In this document: positions 47,636 to 58,388 of the stretch, one piece after another | Numbering within the stretch: position 1 is the first letter of the stretch | Layout of the letters: each line of letters starts with the position of its first letter | Assembly (NCBI GenBank): GCA_944376205.1 | Contig: CALWBV010000002.1 | Span: forward strand, 72,520 to 136,519 | Reading direction: 5' to 3' | Length of the DNA: 64,000 bases | DNA from: an uncultured Christensenellaceae bacterium | GTDB lineage: Bacteria > Bacillota > Clostridia > Christensenellales > UBA3700 | Notes under the pieces: model-generated | Databases searched by the model: none | Seen by the model: the letters and a program-made list of their open reading frames with translations, nothing else | Told to the model about the DNA's origin: nothing | Position numbers and translations under genes: made by a program

Positions 47636-48448
47636 TTATTTATCGGATTTGTCGAGACACATCTTGAGATATTCAAAAGCCTCTTTCAAATCCTCGTCGT
47701 CCTTGTAGTCTCTGGCATACAATTCCATGAGACAAACTCCGTCATATCCGTAATCTTTCAACTTTTTGAAGAATGTAACAAAATCGAATTTACCTCTTCC
47801 GGGAATCGCCAACTTGCCGTCTTCGGTATAGTCGCACAAATGCACGGTCTCGAGTCTGTCTTTCATTACTTTGAGATACTCTTCGTAATCTATACGAGAC
47901 TGCATCGCCTGTTTTATATCGAGTACGCATCCCAAATCGGGACATGTTTTTGAAAGCGTCGAAAAATATTCAGGATTGCAAAAATACGCCCAGTGCACGT
48001 TTTCGTAACAAAACTTGACCCCGTATTCCTTGGCAATATCGCACAGATAATTGACTCTCTCGCTTATAAGAGGATAATTGTAGTTATACGTCGTCCTTTT
48101 GAGCATGGTTGCACCGTGAAAAGTATAGTGCGTAGCCCCTATGACTTTTGCGACATTGCAAACGTTTTTGAATGTGGCAAGCGCATCATTGTATGCACGG
48201 GAATTGAGACTGAACAATTCGGGTTCAAACTGATTGGTCAGCGCATGTACGGAATGGACCTTAAGCGGAGCGTATGCTTGCGCTTTTTTAAGTTCGCAGT
48301 TGATAACTTCCCCAAACTCGCTTGTATATTCGCTGTGAGTGGCAAAAAACACCTCGCAGACGTCTGCTCCGAGTTTTGCGATAGGCACAATTGCTTCTTC
48401 GGTATATTTTCTCGTAAAGTATGTCGCCGTTGAAACTCCGATTTGCAT
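47636..48448 (-). CDS. Sugar phosphate isomerase/epimerase (xylose isomerase-like TIM barrel)
   Basis: 270 aa; AP-endonuclease-2/xylose-isomerase-like barrel pattern (HSVHAL, FHG, YENVHW, LCD). Confidence 0.82.
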   Translation of the reverse strand: MQIGVSTATYFTRKYTEEAIVPIAKLGADVCEVFFATHSEYTSEFGEVINCELKKAQAYAPLKVHSVHALTNQFEPELFSLNSRAYNDALATFKNVCNVAKVIGATHYTFHGATMLKRTTYNYNYPLISERVNYLCDIAKEYGVKFCYENVHWAYFCNPEYFSTLSKTCPDLGCVLDIKQAMQSRIDYEEYLKVMKDRLETVHLCDYTEDGKLAIPGRGKFDFVTFFKKLKDYGYDGVCLMELYARDYKDDEDLKEAFEYLKMCLDKSDK

Positions 48449-48986
48449 ATAGATATTATATCAACAGTATCATGTTTTTGCAAAATATTTTAGGTATAAA
48501 TTGCGATATTTTTGACATTCTTTGTTGCATATTTATATTATTTACAACAGATTTTATATATATCAAATGTATATTTGCATAATGTTTTGGGATCAACCTT
48601 CACTGTCAATTTTCACCTTTCATTCGTGAAACATGCAATTTTACAAAAAAACGCACTTTTCGCACTCGTTTTTCATATTAAATATTATCTATCACTGACA
48701 CACTTATGCGTACAAAATCTAATATTTTCTTGATTGTTTTTGAACGTTTTTATTGCAAAAACCGTGTTCGCAATATGCGGAAAGCGTCTTGACATATGTG
48801 ACAAATTAACAATTTATGGTTATCAAAATTCTTTATTTAAGCTCAACATATATGCCGTAAACACAAAATCCGACACTTGTATTGATTTTTGTCCGTTTTT
48901 TAAGAAATTTTTTACTTTGATATATTTGATAAATATGTATAATTTTGTTATATTATTAGTGAACTAATAATAATAGGAGAGACTAT

Positions 48987-51743
48987 ATGATAAAATTAGC
49001 TAAGTGGATCATGTCGCACAAAGTCGCTATCACAGTGATTTTTATCATTCTGCTCGTTTTGGCGGTAGTAGGAAACTTCTTCGTCAACAAAGAGAGCGAT
49101 TTGATAGCATATCTCGCTGACGATACCGACACAATCGTAGCTAAATCCATATTGGAAAACGAATACGATATCATAGGCGACTGCAACGTTGCGATTTCAT
49201 ATCTGTCAAAAGATGATGTCGCAAAAATTATTCAACGATTAGAACGAAATTCCCTCATCGGACCGTATGTCACGAAGATTGTTTGGGTAGGTTCGTTTGA
49301 TCAATTGAGTATGATCGACGAAATCGATTATGGCACGACTCTTGAAAAAGCACGTGAAAAATTCGTCAAAAGGACTCACGAGGTTTATATCGATCCACAA
49401 GGCGTCGAACAAGTCAGAGAAGTGGAGACTTATATCATCTCTTTCTATTTCGAAACTGCCGGCGGCGATGACGCTACTATAGCGGCACTCGACGAAATCG
49501 ACAGAGTTATTTCCAAAGAGATCGCTAGCCTTCAAGACAGCGTTTACGGTCCTGAAAACGTATCCGAATGGTATTATGTAGGCGGTACGGCTCAAAATGC
49601 CCGTACAATGCTCAAGTCTTCCCTCGGCGATATGCCCAAGTTCTTCATTGCGGCAGTACTTGTCTGTTTAGTGATTCTTCTCCTTACCACACACAGCTAT
49701 TTCGAGCCCCTTATATTCTTGGCTACACTCGGTATATCCATACTCATCAATATGGGCTCCAACGTAATCGCAGGCTATAACCCCGTGGGTACGATATCTT
49801 CAATCACTTCGTCGTGCGCAACAATTCTGCAATTGGCAATCGCAATGGACTATTCGATATTCCTAATGCATACCTATTATGAAGAATTGAAGCTCCACCC
49901 TCAACCCAAAGACGCACTTATCGCTGCTCTGCCCAAAACCATGTCGGCTATTTCGGCAAGTATGCTTACTACCGTAGGCGGTTTTATAGCACTGTTCTTC
50001 ATGGATTACGGCATAGGTTACGATTTGGGATTCGTACTTGCAAAGGGCGTTATCCTCACTCTGCTTGCAGTTATCTTCCTCCAGCCTATTCTTATCCTTA
50101 TCTTCAGCAAGGCTATCAAAAAGACCGAACACAAGTGGAAGATCGAACCCAAACTCAAGTTTATATCCAAACATATCACAAAGCCCGCTTTGGCAATCGT
50201 AGTTATCGTAGTTATCCTGGCATGCGCTCTTCCCTGCGCTTACTTCCAGCTTAAAGTGCCTCTGAACTACATTTCCACAACGGCGGAAAATCCCGATCCT
50301 ACAATGCCCGAAACTCAAACCCTCATCCTCAACAACCAAGCTATTCTCATGGTACCTTACGAGGGCGCAGACACTATCGGACAACATTACAAATTCGTAG
50401 AAAAGCTTAAGAAAGTCGGATATATTCTCGATGAAGAAGGAAATTACACATATGATAAATTCGGCAATATAGTTACGTCGGATACAGTCAATCACGTAAT
50501 AGAAGTATTCTCGCTCACAACTCTGCTCTCAAGAGAAGACTTCGATACGATAGAAACTCTCGGAAGTAAAAATCTTATCTACTCGCAATTGCACTCGAGT
50601 TTTATTTCCAACGTATCTGACGCAAACGCAAAGCATTATATGTTGTACACAATCAACTTGAGTAACTTTAATGCAAAAGGCGAATATGCTAATATGATCG
50701 AGACTGATTATACGTACAATGCGCTCAAAGAAATCAAAGCACTTGCAGTAGAAAACTTCGGTCTTTACGATTCTTCCAACGCAAACGATCCTTATATGCT
50801 TACTCTTGCAGCAAAAGAAACATACGGCGAAGATTCGACTCAATACGCAAACGCTATGAATGAATTCAAAGAAAGCATCATGCACAATTCTACCAAATAC
50901 GGCGTTTACGTAACAGGTCTCTCTCAAGGCGCATACGAACTCGATCAGGTAACCCCCGGCGACTTCTTACTCGTAAGCTTGCTCTCTGCGGCAATCGTAT
51001 TCGTAATACTTCTGCTTACGTTCAAAAACTTCAAGTTGTCCCTCATACTCCTTCTCGTCATCGAATCGGGTATATGGATCAACCTGTCGTTCGTTTACTT
51101 CGGATTCCTGCTCGGCATCTCCAGCAAGATAAACTTCGTTGCATACCTTATCGTATCCGCAATCGAACTCGGCGCTACCGTCGACTATGCAATCATGCTT
51201 ACCAGCAAATATATCGAAGAAAAGAAAGCCGGCGTCAAGTCTGTCCGTGCGGTACAAAACGCTATCAACCGTGCCGCTCCCAGCGTAACGACATCCGCAT
51301 TCATTCTCATCGGCGTATGTATCTGCGTAAATCTCATTACTTCGAATATTATAGTTGCGCAGATAACAAGACTTATAGCAATAGGTACGACAATGAGCTA
51401 CGTCTTCGTATTTACTCTGCTTCCCGCTATTCTCTCTCTCCGTGAAAGAGTTATGCGCCGCAGCAGTATCAGAAAAGGCAAAGGCGATCCCGACGAAGGC
51501 AGACTCGACTACAATCCTCAATTCTACAACGAAGACGGCGCACCTATCGAAGTTGAATACGCTTTGGCTGAAGGCGACATCCAAGAAGCACAAATCGTTG
51601 ACGACGAAAGCGCAAAGGAAGTTTCAATCGACTATATCGATGTCAAAAACGCAACCGCAGACAGCGTTGAAAATCAAGGCGATGTAATTGACAACGTTGT
51701 CGATGAAAAACCTAAAAAGACGCGTAAAAGCAAAAAGAAATAA
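48987..51743 (+). CDS. MMPL/RND-superfamily membrane transporter
   Basis: 918 aa; two 6-TM bundles separated by large extracytoplasmic domains and an acidic-then-Lys-rich C-terminal tail; SD AGGAGAG. Confidence 0.85.
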   Translation: MIKLAKWIMSHKVAITVIFIILLVLAVVGNFFVNKESDLIAYLADDTDTIVAKSILENEYDIIGDCNVAISYLSKDDVAKIIQRLERNSLIGPYVTKIVWVGSFDQLSMIDEIDYGTTLEKAREKFVKRTHEVYIDPQGVEQVREVETYIISFYFETAGGDDATIAALDEIDRVISKEIASLQDSVYGPENVSEWYYVGGTAQNARTMLKSSLGDMPKFFIAAVLVCLVILLLTTHSYFEPLIFLATLGISILINMGSNVIAGYNPVGTISSITSSCATILQLAIAMDYSIFLMHTYYEELKLHPQPKDALIAALPKTMSAISASMLTTVGGFIALFFMDYGIGYDLGFVLAKGVILTLLAVIFLQPILILIFSKAIKKTEHKWKIEPKLKFISKHITKPALAIVVIVVILACALPCAYFQLKVPLNYISTTAENPDPTMPETQTLILNNQAILMVPYEGADTIGQHYKFVEKLKKVGYILDEEGNYTYDKFGNIVTSDTVNHVIEVFSLTTLLSREDFDTIETLGSKNLIYSQLHSSFISNVSDANAKHYMLYTINLSNFNAKGEYANMIETDYTYNALKEIKALAVENFGLYDSSNANDPYMLTLAAKETYGEDSTQYANAMNEFKESIMHNSTKYGVYVTGLSQGAYELDQVTPGDFLLVSLLSAAIVFVILLLTFKNFKLSLILLLVIESGIWINLSFVYFGFLLGISSKINFVAYLIVSAIELGATVDYAIMLTSKYIEEKKAGVKSVRAVQNAINRAAPSVTTSAFILIGVCICVNLITSNIIVAQITRLIAIGTTMSYVFVFTLLPAILSLRERVMRRSSIRKGKGDPDEGRLDYNPQFYNEDGAPIEVEYALAEGDIQEAQIVDDESAKEVSIDYIDVKNATADSVENQGDVIDNVVDEKPKKTRKSKKK

Positions 51744-51755
51744 TCTTTGACGCAA

Positions 51756-51789
51756 CAAAAAACGGGGCACAGACGTGCCCCGTTTTTTT
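51756..51789 (+). terminator. Terminator of the MMPL gene
   Basis: AAAAA-ACGGGGCAC-AGAC-GUGCCCCGU-UUUUUU. Confidence 0.85.
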
Positions 51790-52081
51790 ATACTAATTTA
51801 TTCCTCTTAATAAATGACAACCTATAATCAACCTTTCTTAAACTGAAAATCTAACAGGCAAATTTATCCTAAAACAATATATATATTGATAGTATTATAA
51901 TATGTTTTTCATACAAAAGCATAGACAAGCGCAAATTTGACGATTTAAGCAATAATAATTCAGAATCGAAAAGATGTTCGACCCGTTGATTTCTACGCTT
52001 TAATATCCGCATATTCAAGCCTACTGCCCTGACAGACATCCGTCATACAACATCAATAAAACAAGCAATAACTTATCAACT

Positions 52082-52105
52082 AAAAAAGGACGCAAATTGC
52101 GTCCT
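52082..52105 (-). terminator. Terminator of the ilv-ridA operon
   Basis: AGGACGC-AAUUU-GCGUCCU + U6 on the minus strand, ~33 nt after the ridA stop. Confidence 0.8.
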
Positions 52106-52138
52106 TTCTCATATTTATATATATTGCTTAAATACGTA

Positions 52139-52510
52139 TTACGCTTCCGTAACCGTATCAATCTCTACGAGTACGTTTTTGGGGAGCGTCTTGACAGCTA
52201 CGCAAGATCTTGCAGGCTTGGATACGAAGTACTTTGCATAGACTGCGTTAAAAGCCGCAAAATCGTTCATATCGGCAAGAAAACATACTGTCTTGACAAC
52301 TTTATCGATAGATGTGCCGCTGGCTTTCAAAAGCTCAACGATATTCTTGCACACCTGCTCTGTTTGTTCCTCTATCGTGGTGCCCTCGATGTTTCCTGTA
52401 GCGGGATTGATTGCTATCTGTCCCGAAGTGTAAACCATTCCGCCGCTTACGATTGCCTGCGAATAGGGTCCTATTGCGGAAGGTGCTTTTTCTGTGCTTA
52501 TAACTTTCAT
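52139..52510 (-). CDS. ridA: RidA-family reactive enamine/imine deaminase
   Basis: 123 aa; APSAIGPYSQAI N-terminus and C-terminal RSCVAV...LPKNVLVEI, typical of YjgF/RidA. Confidence 0.92.
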   Translation of the reverse strand: MKVISTEKAPSAIGPYSQAIVSGGMVYTSGQIAINPATGNIEGTTIEEQTEQVCKNIVELLKASGTSIDKVVKTVCFLADMNDFAAFNAVYAKYFVSKPARSCVAVKTLPKNVLVEIDTVTEA

Positions 52511-52527
52511 ATTAGCCTCCTGTGATC

Positions 52528-53721
52528 TTATATAATCTTGAATCCTGCGTTGGTAAGTTCTTTTTTGATTTGATTGATATGATCGAAGTTTCTCGTCTCA
52601 ATCTGTATTCTCAAGAAGCAACCGTTGACGTCGCTACCCTCGTTGGAACGCTCGTGATGAATGGAAATAACGTTTCCGCCGAGTTTGGATATAATGCTGG
52701 ACACCTGCGTAAGTTGTCCGGGTTTGTCTACAAGTTCGAGAGTAACGAGATAGTTACGACCGCTCATCTGAAGTCCTCTTCTGATGACTCTCGACAAAAT
52801 AGTAACGTCGATATTACCGCCCGAAACTATACAGCATACTTTCTTTCCGTCAGTGGGTATTTTTCCGAACATTGCAGCCGCTACGGAAACTGCGCCTGCG
52901 CCCTCTGCAACCATCTTATGATGTTCGATAAGCGCAAGTATAGCGGCAGAAATTTCATCGTCGTTTACGGTAACGATATCGTCTACGTACTTGCTGATGA
53001 GTTCAAAAGTCAAGTCACCGGGTTCTTTTACAGCAATACCGTCGGCGATAGTGTGCACTGTGTCGAGTTTTTCAATCTTATGGTCCTTGAAAGACTTATA
53101 CATGCTGGGAGCACCGCTCGCCTGTACGCCGTAAATCTTTATGTCGGGTTTGAGCGATTTTGCGGCAAAAGCTATGCCTGCGCAAAGTCCGCCGCCGCCG
53201 ATAGGCACTACGATAGCGTCAACGTCATTGAGTTGATTGAGCACTTCGAGTCCTATGGTACCCTGTCCTGCGATTACGTCGGGGTCGTTAAAAGGATGTA
53301 TAAACGTATAGCCTTTTTCTTCCTTGAGCTGCAAAGCCTTATTATAAGCGTCGTCATATACGCCTTGCACGAGACAGATGTCCGCACCGTAACTTCTTGT
53401 AGCTTCAACCTTGGATATAGGAGCGCCGTCGGGCAAGCAAATCAAAGATTTGATTCCGTTTTTTCTTGCGGCAAGCGCAACTCCTTGAGCATGATTGCCT
53501 GCGGAACAAGCGATAACGCCCTTTCTCTTTTCTTCCTCACTGAGCTGGGATATCTTGTAATATGCACCTCTCACCTTGAAAGAGCCCGTAACCTGAAGGT
53601 TTTCGCTTTTGAGATAGATATCAGCGCCCGGCTTGAGCTTGGGGGCATAAATTATATCTGTTTCTCTTATTGCCTCTTTGAGAACATAAGAGGCATGATA
53701 TACTTTGTCTAACGTCAACAT
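52528..53721 (-). CDS. ilvA: Threonine ammonia-lyase (short form, single regulatory domain)
   Basis: 397 aa; PLP-Lys motif GSFKVRGA, GGGGL loop, ~80-aa ACT-like C-terminus. Confidence 0.92.
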   Translation of the reverse strand: MLTLDKVYHASYVLKEAIRETDIIYAPKLKPGADIYLKSENLQVTGSFKVRGAYYKISQLSEEEKRKGVIACSAGNHAQGVALAARKNGIKSLICLPDGAPISKVEATRSYGADICLVQGVYDDAYNKALQLKEEKGYTFIHPFNDPDVIAGQGTIGLEVLNQLNDVDAIVVPIGGGGLCAGIAFAAKSLKPDIKIYGVQASGAPSMYKSFKDHKIEKLDTVHTIADGIAVKEPGDLTFELISKYVDDIVTVNDDEISAAILALIEHHKMVAEGAGAVSVAAAMFGKIPTDGKKVCCIVSGGNIDVTILSRVIRRGLQMSGRNYLVTLELVDKPGQLTQVSSIISKLGGNVISIHHERSNEGSDVNGCFLRIQIETRNFDHINQIKKELTNAGFKII

Positions 53722-53754
53722 TCTTTTATATCTTCCTTATAGTATTTGTATTGA

Positions 53755-55419
53755 TTATTTGAGAATTGCACCCTTATCGGCACTGGTAACGAGTCTTGCA
53801 TATCTCGCAAGCCAACCGCTCTTGATATTGGGTTCTTTCTCTTTGAGAGACTTTCTTCTCTCGTTGAGTTCTTCATCGCTGACTTTGATATTAACCTTGT
53901 TTGCGGGAATATCTATTTCGACGATATCTCCTTCTTTAACAAGCGCAATCTCGCCGCCTTCAGCCGCTTCGGGTGATACGTGACCGATCGAAGCGCCTCT
54001 CGATGCACCCGAGAATCTTCCGTCAGTGATGAGCGCTACGCACTTATCGAGTTTCATACCTGCAAGCGCAGATGTAGGATTGAGCATTTCTCTCATGCCG
54101 GGACCGCCTTTAGGTCCTTCGTATCTGATAATAACTACGTCGCCGGGTTTGATTTCTCCTGCGTAGATAGACTTAATAGCGTCGTCTTCGCAGTCGAATA
54201 CTCTTGCAGGTCCGGTATGTTTGAGCATTTCGGGAGCAACCGCACTTCTCTTAACTACACAGCCGTTCTTTGCGATATTTCCCCAAAGGATAGCAATACC
54301 GCCCGTTTCGCTATAAGGCTTTTCGATAGGCTTGATAATATCGTAATTTTTGACTTTGACGTCTTTGATGTTCTCTCCTACAGTCTTGCCTGTTGCCGTG
54401 ATTGCAGTCGTATCTATGAGATTCTTCTTTGCGAGTTCGCTGAGTACAGCCTGAACGCCGCCAGCCTCGTTGAGGTCCTGCATATGAGTAGGTCCCGCAG
54501 GAGCGAGGTGACAGAGATTAGGAGTCTTTGCACTGATCTCATTGATCATATTGAGGTCGATAGGACAACCTGCTTCGTTTGCAATTGCAAGCAAATGCAA
54601 TACGCTGTTGCTCGAACAACCGAGTGCCATATCGCAAGCAAGCGCATTGCGAATAGACTTGGGATTGATGATATCTCTGGCTTTGACGTCTCTCTTGACA
54701 AGATCCATTATTGCCATACCGGCATGCTTTGCAAGCGCTATTCTGCCGCTCATAACAGCGGGAATAGTTCCGTTGCCGGGCAAAGCTATACCGATAGCTT
54801 CGCAAAGACAGTTCATGGAATTTGCCGTGTACATACCGGAACACGAACCGCATGTAGGACAACAATTCTCTTCAAAGTCGAGAAGCTGTTTGTCATCGAT
54901 GATATTTGCCTTTCTTGCGCCGACTGCTTCGAACATCTTGGATAAAGAAGTTTCGCATCCGCCTACAAGACCTGCCATCATAGGTCCGCCGCTGACGACT
55001 ACCGCAGGGATATTGAGTCTGACTGCTGCCATAACCATACCGGGCACGATTTTATCGCAGTTGGGTACGAGAACGAGACCGTCAAAACAATGAGCGTTTG
55101 CCATTGTCTCCACACTGTCGGCAATAAGTTCTCTCGATGCAAGCGAGTATTTCATACCCACGTGACCCATTGCTATACCGTCGCAAACGCCGATAGAAGG
55201 CACCATGATAGGAGTACCGCCTGCAAGTCTTACGCCTGCCTTTACGGCTTCTGTAATCTTGTCGAGATTGATATGTCCGGGAACAATATCGCTATGCGCC
55301 GATACGACGCCGATAAGGGGTCTGTCGAGTTCTTCTTTGGTAAATCCGCAAGCGTACAACAACGACCTTTGGGGAGCCGTTTCTACGCCGCTGGTCAAAT
55401 ATCTGCTTCTCAAAGCCAT
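53755..55419 (-). CDS. ilvD: Dihydroxy-acid dehydratase
   Basis: 554 aa; IlvD/Edd signatures CDKIVPGM and [10 protein letters not shown]-like [14 protein letters not shown]. Confidence 0.96.
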   Translation of the reverse strand: MALRSRYLTSGVETAPQRSLLYACGFTKEELDRPLIGVVSAHSDIVPGHINLDKITEAVKAGVRLAGGTPIMVPSIGVCDGIAMGHVGMKYSLASRELIADSVETMANAHCFDGLVLVPNCDKIVPGMVMAAVRLNIPAVVVSGGPMMAGLVGGCETSLSKMFEAVGARKANIIDDKQLLDFEENCCPTCGSCSGMYTANSMNCLCEAIGIALPGNGTIPAVMSGRIALAKHAGMAIMDLVKRDVKARDIINPKSIRNALACDMALGCSSNSVLHLLAIANEAGCPIDLNMINEISAKTPNLCHLAPAGPTHMQDLNEAGGVQAVLSELAKKNLIDTTAITATGKTVGENIKDVKVKNYDIIKPIEKPYSETGGIAILWGNIAKNGCVVKRSAVAPEMLKHTGPARVFDCEDDAIKSIYAGEIKPGDVVIIRYEGPKGGPGMREMLNPTSALAGMKLDKCVALITDGRFSGASRGASIGHVSPEAAEGGEIALVKEGDIVEIDIPANKVNIKVSDEELNERRKSLKEKEPNIKSGWLARYARLVTSADKGAILK

Positions 55420-55543
55420 AATATATACCTCTTTATATAATAAATAAATTTTAAGCCATTTATAAAAAACGGCTTAAGTGGATGTTTATACCGAAGTCGT
55501 CTTGCTCTCGCAAGACGACTCTTTTTGCATATGTAAGTCTGAC

Positions 55544-56578
<1,035 letters not shown>

Positions 56579-56598
56579 TTAGTGTTGCTAAACATTAA

Positions 56599-58257
56599 TT
56601 ACATAACTATTTCGTCGATAGTCTGTCCGGGGGGAATCATAGGCAAAACCTTTTCGTCCCTGTCGATAACAGCTTCGATGATGCAAGGTCTCTTGAGCGC
56701 ATAAGCTTCTTTGAGAGCCTTTTTGAGTTCGTCGAGAGTGGTTGCTCTGAAACCTTTTCCGCCGAATGCCTCTGCAAGTTTAACGTAGTCGGTAGCTCTC
56801 TCGAGAGTCGTCTGCGAATATCTCTTGCCGTAGAACTGCGTCTGCCATTGTCTTACCATACCGAGTACATTGTTGTTGATAACGATACTTACGATAGGAA
56901 GATTATATGTTACGCTGGTGCACATTTCGTTGAGGTTCATATGGAAGGAACCGTCACCCGTGATATGTGCGACTTTACGGTCGGGGAAAGCTGTCTGTGC
57001 GCCGATAGAAGCGCCGTAACCGTAACCCATCGTACCGAGACCGCCCGAAGTAAGGAAACTTCTGGGTTTGGTGCGCTTGGAGTACTGTGCTGCCCACATC
57101 TGATGCTGACCTACGTCGGTAACGATTATTCCGTCTTCACCGATTTCGTCGGATATTGCCTGTATTACCTGATGAGGTCTCAACACGCCTGCGATATCCT
57201 TGGGCTTGTAATCGTACTTTTTCCACTCGTCGATTTGTTTGAGCCATTCGTCGTGATTAGCTTTCTTAAGCAAAGGCATAAGTCTTGCAAGAACCTGCTT
57301 TACGTCTCCGATAACGCTCAAATCGCAAGTAACGTTTTTGTTTATTTCGGCTGCGTCGATATCTATATGTATGACTTTAGCTTCTCTGATAAATCTGTCT
57401 TTGTCTGTAGCAACTCTGTCGGAAAATCTTGTGCCGATAGCTATGACGAGATCGCTGTTTGCGACTGCTCTGCCTGCGGACATGCTTCCGTGCATACCGA
57501 TAAGACCGAGATTGAGTTTTTCGCCGTAACCGAGTACGCCAGCCGCCATGAGAGTATGTGTAGCGGGAGCTTGTACTTTATTGAGCATTTCAAGAAGTTC
57601 TTTCTCTGCTCCCGAAATCAATACGCCGCCGCCGAAAAGCACTGCGGGACGCTTGCTTGCATTTATCATCTCTGCCGCTTTCTCTATTGCGGCATCGCTT
57701 GCCTGAACGTATTCGTCGGGCTTAACTTTGGGCATAGAAACAAATTCGCATACATTGGAAGTAACGTCCTTGGGAATGTCTACGAGTACGGGACCGGGTC
57801 TGCCGCTTTGAGCAATTCTGAACGCTTCTCTCATAACGTCGTGAAGTTCTTCAACTTTGCGCACTACAAAGTTGTGCTTTGTGATAGGCATGGTAATACC
57901 TGCAATATAAACTTCCTGGAAAGAATCGAGACCGATAAGGCTTGTACCGACGTTTCCCGTAATAGCGACCATAGGCACGCTGTCCATATATGCCGTTGCT
58001 ATACCCGTAATGAGGTTTGTAGCTCCGGGACCGGAAGTAGCAAGTACGACGCCTACCTTACCGGTTGCTCTCGCATAACCGTCGGCAGCATGAGCCGCAC
58101 CTTGTTCGTGAGCCGTGAGTACGTGAGTAATCTTGTCGCTGTATGCGTACAAAGCGTCGTAGATATTGAGTACGGCACCGCCGGGGTAACCGAATATCTT
58201 ATCTACGTCTTGTTCTAACAATGATTCAATTAAAATTTGTGAGCCGTTGAGTTTCAT
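56599..58257 (-). CDS. ilvB: Acetolactate synthase, large (catalytic) subunit
   Basis: 552 aa; ThDP motif GDGSFHMN...NN, N-terminal GYPGGA. Confidence 0.94.
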   Translation of the reverse strand: MKLNGSQILIESLLEQDVDKIFGYPGGAVLNIYDALYAYSDKITHVLTAHEQGAAHAADGYARATGKVGVVLATSGPGATNLITGIATAYMDSVPMVAITGNVGTSLIGLDSFQEVYIAGITMPITKHNFVVRKVEELHDVMREAFRIAQSGRPGPVLVDIPKDVTSNVCEFVSMPKVKPDEYVQASDAAIEKAAEMINASKRPAVLFGGGVLISGAEKELLEMLNKVQAPATHTLMAAGVLGYGEKLNLGLIGMHGSMSAGRAVANSDLVIAIGTRFSDRVATDKDRFIREAKVIHIDIDAAEINKNVTCDLSVIGDVKQVLARLMPLLKKANHDEWLKQIDEWKKYDYKPKDIAGVLRPHQVIQAISDEIGEDGIIVTDVGQHQMWAAQYSKRTKPRSFLTSGGLGTMGYGYGASIGAQTAFPDRKVAHITGDGSFHMNLNEMCTSVTYNLPIVSIVINNNVLGMVRQWQTQFYGKRYSQTTLERATDYVKLAEAFGGKGFRATTLDELKKALKEAYALKRPCIIEAVIDRDEKVLPMIPPGQTIDEIVM

Positions 58258-58280
58258 ACTGTCTCCGTAAAATTATATAT

Positions 58281-58309
58281 ATAATAAGATATTTGCGTCC
58301 AAAAGTCAA
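58281..58309 (-). promoter_or_regulatory. Sigma-A promoter of the ilv operon
   Basis: TTGACT (58304-58309), 17 nt, TATTAT (58281-58286) on the minus strand, leaving a 5'UTR of only ~17 nt. Confidence 0.55.
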
Positions 58310-58388
58310 GTATATATTGTTTTTTTATTAAAATAAAAAGATATGAAGCCTTGCAAACAAACCGTCCTATGCATATTTTATGCAAGCA

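Noticed and set aside
48512-48967. 73-aa and 77-aa ORFs in the AT-rich spacer upstream of the MMPL gene
   Set aside because: They have non-ATG or weak starts, no SD, and hydrophobic or low-complexity translations typical of AT-rich non-coding DNA.
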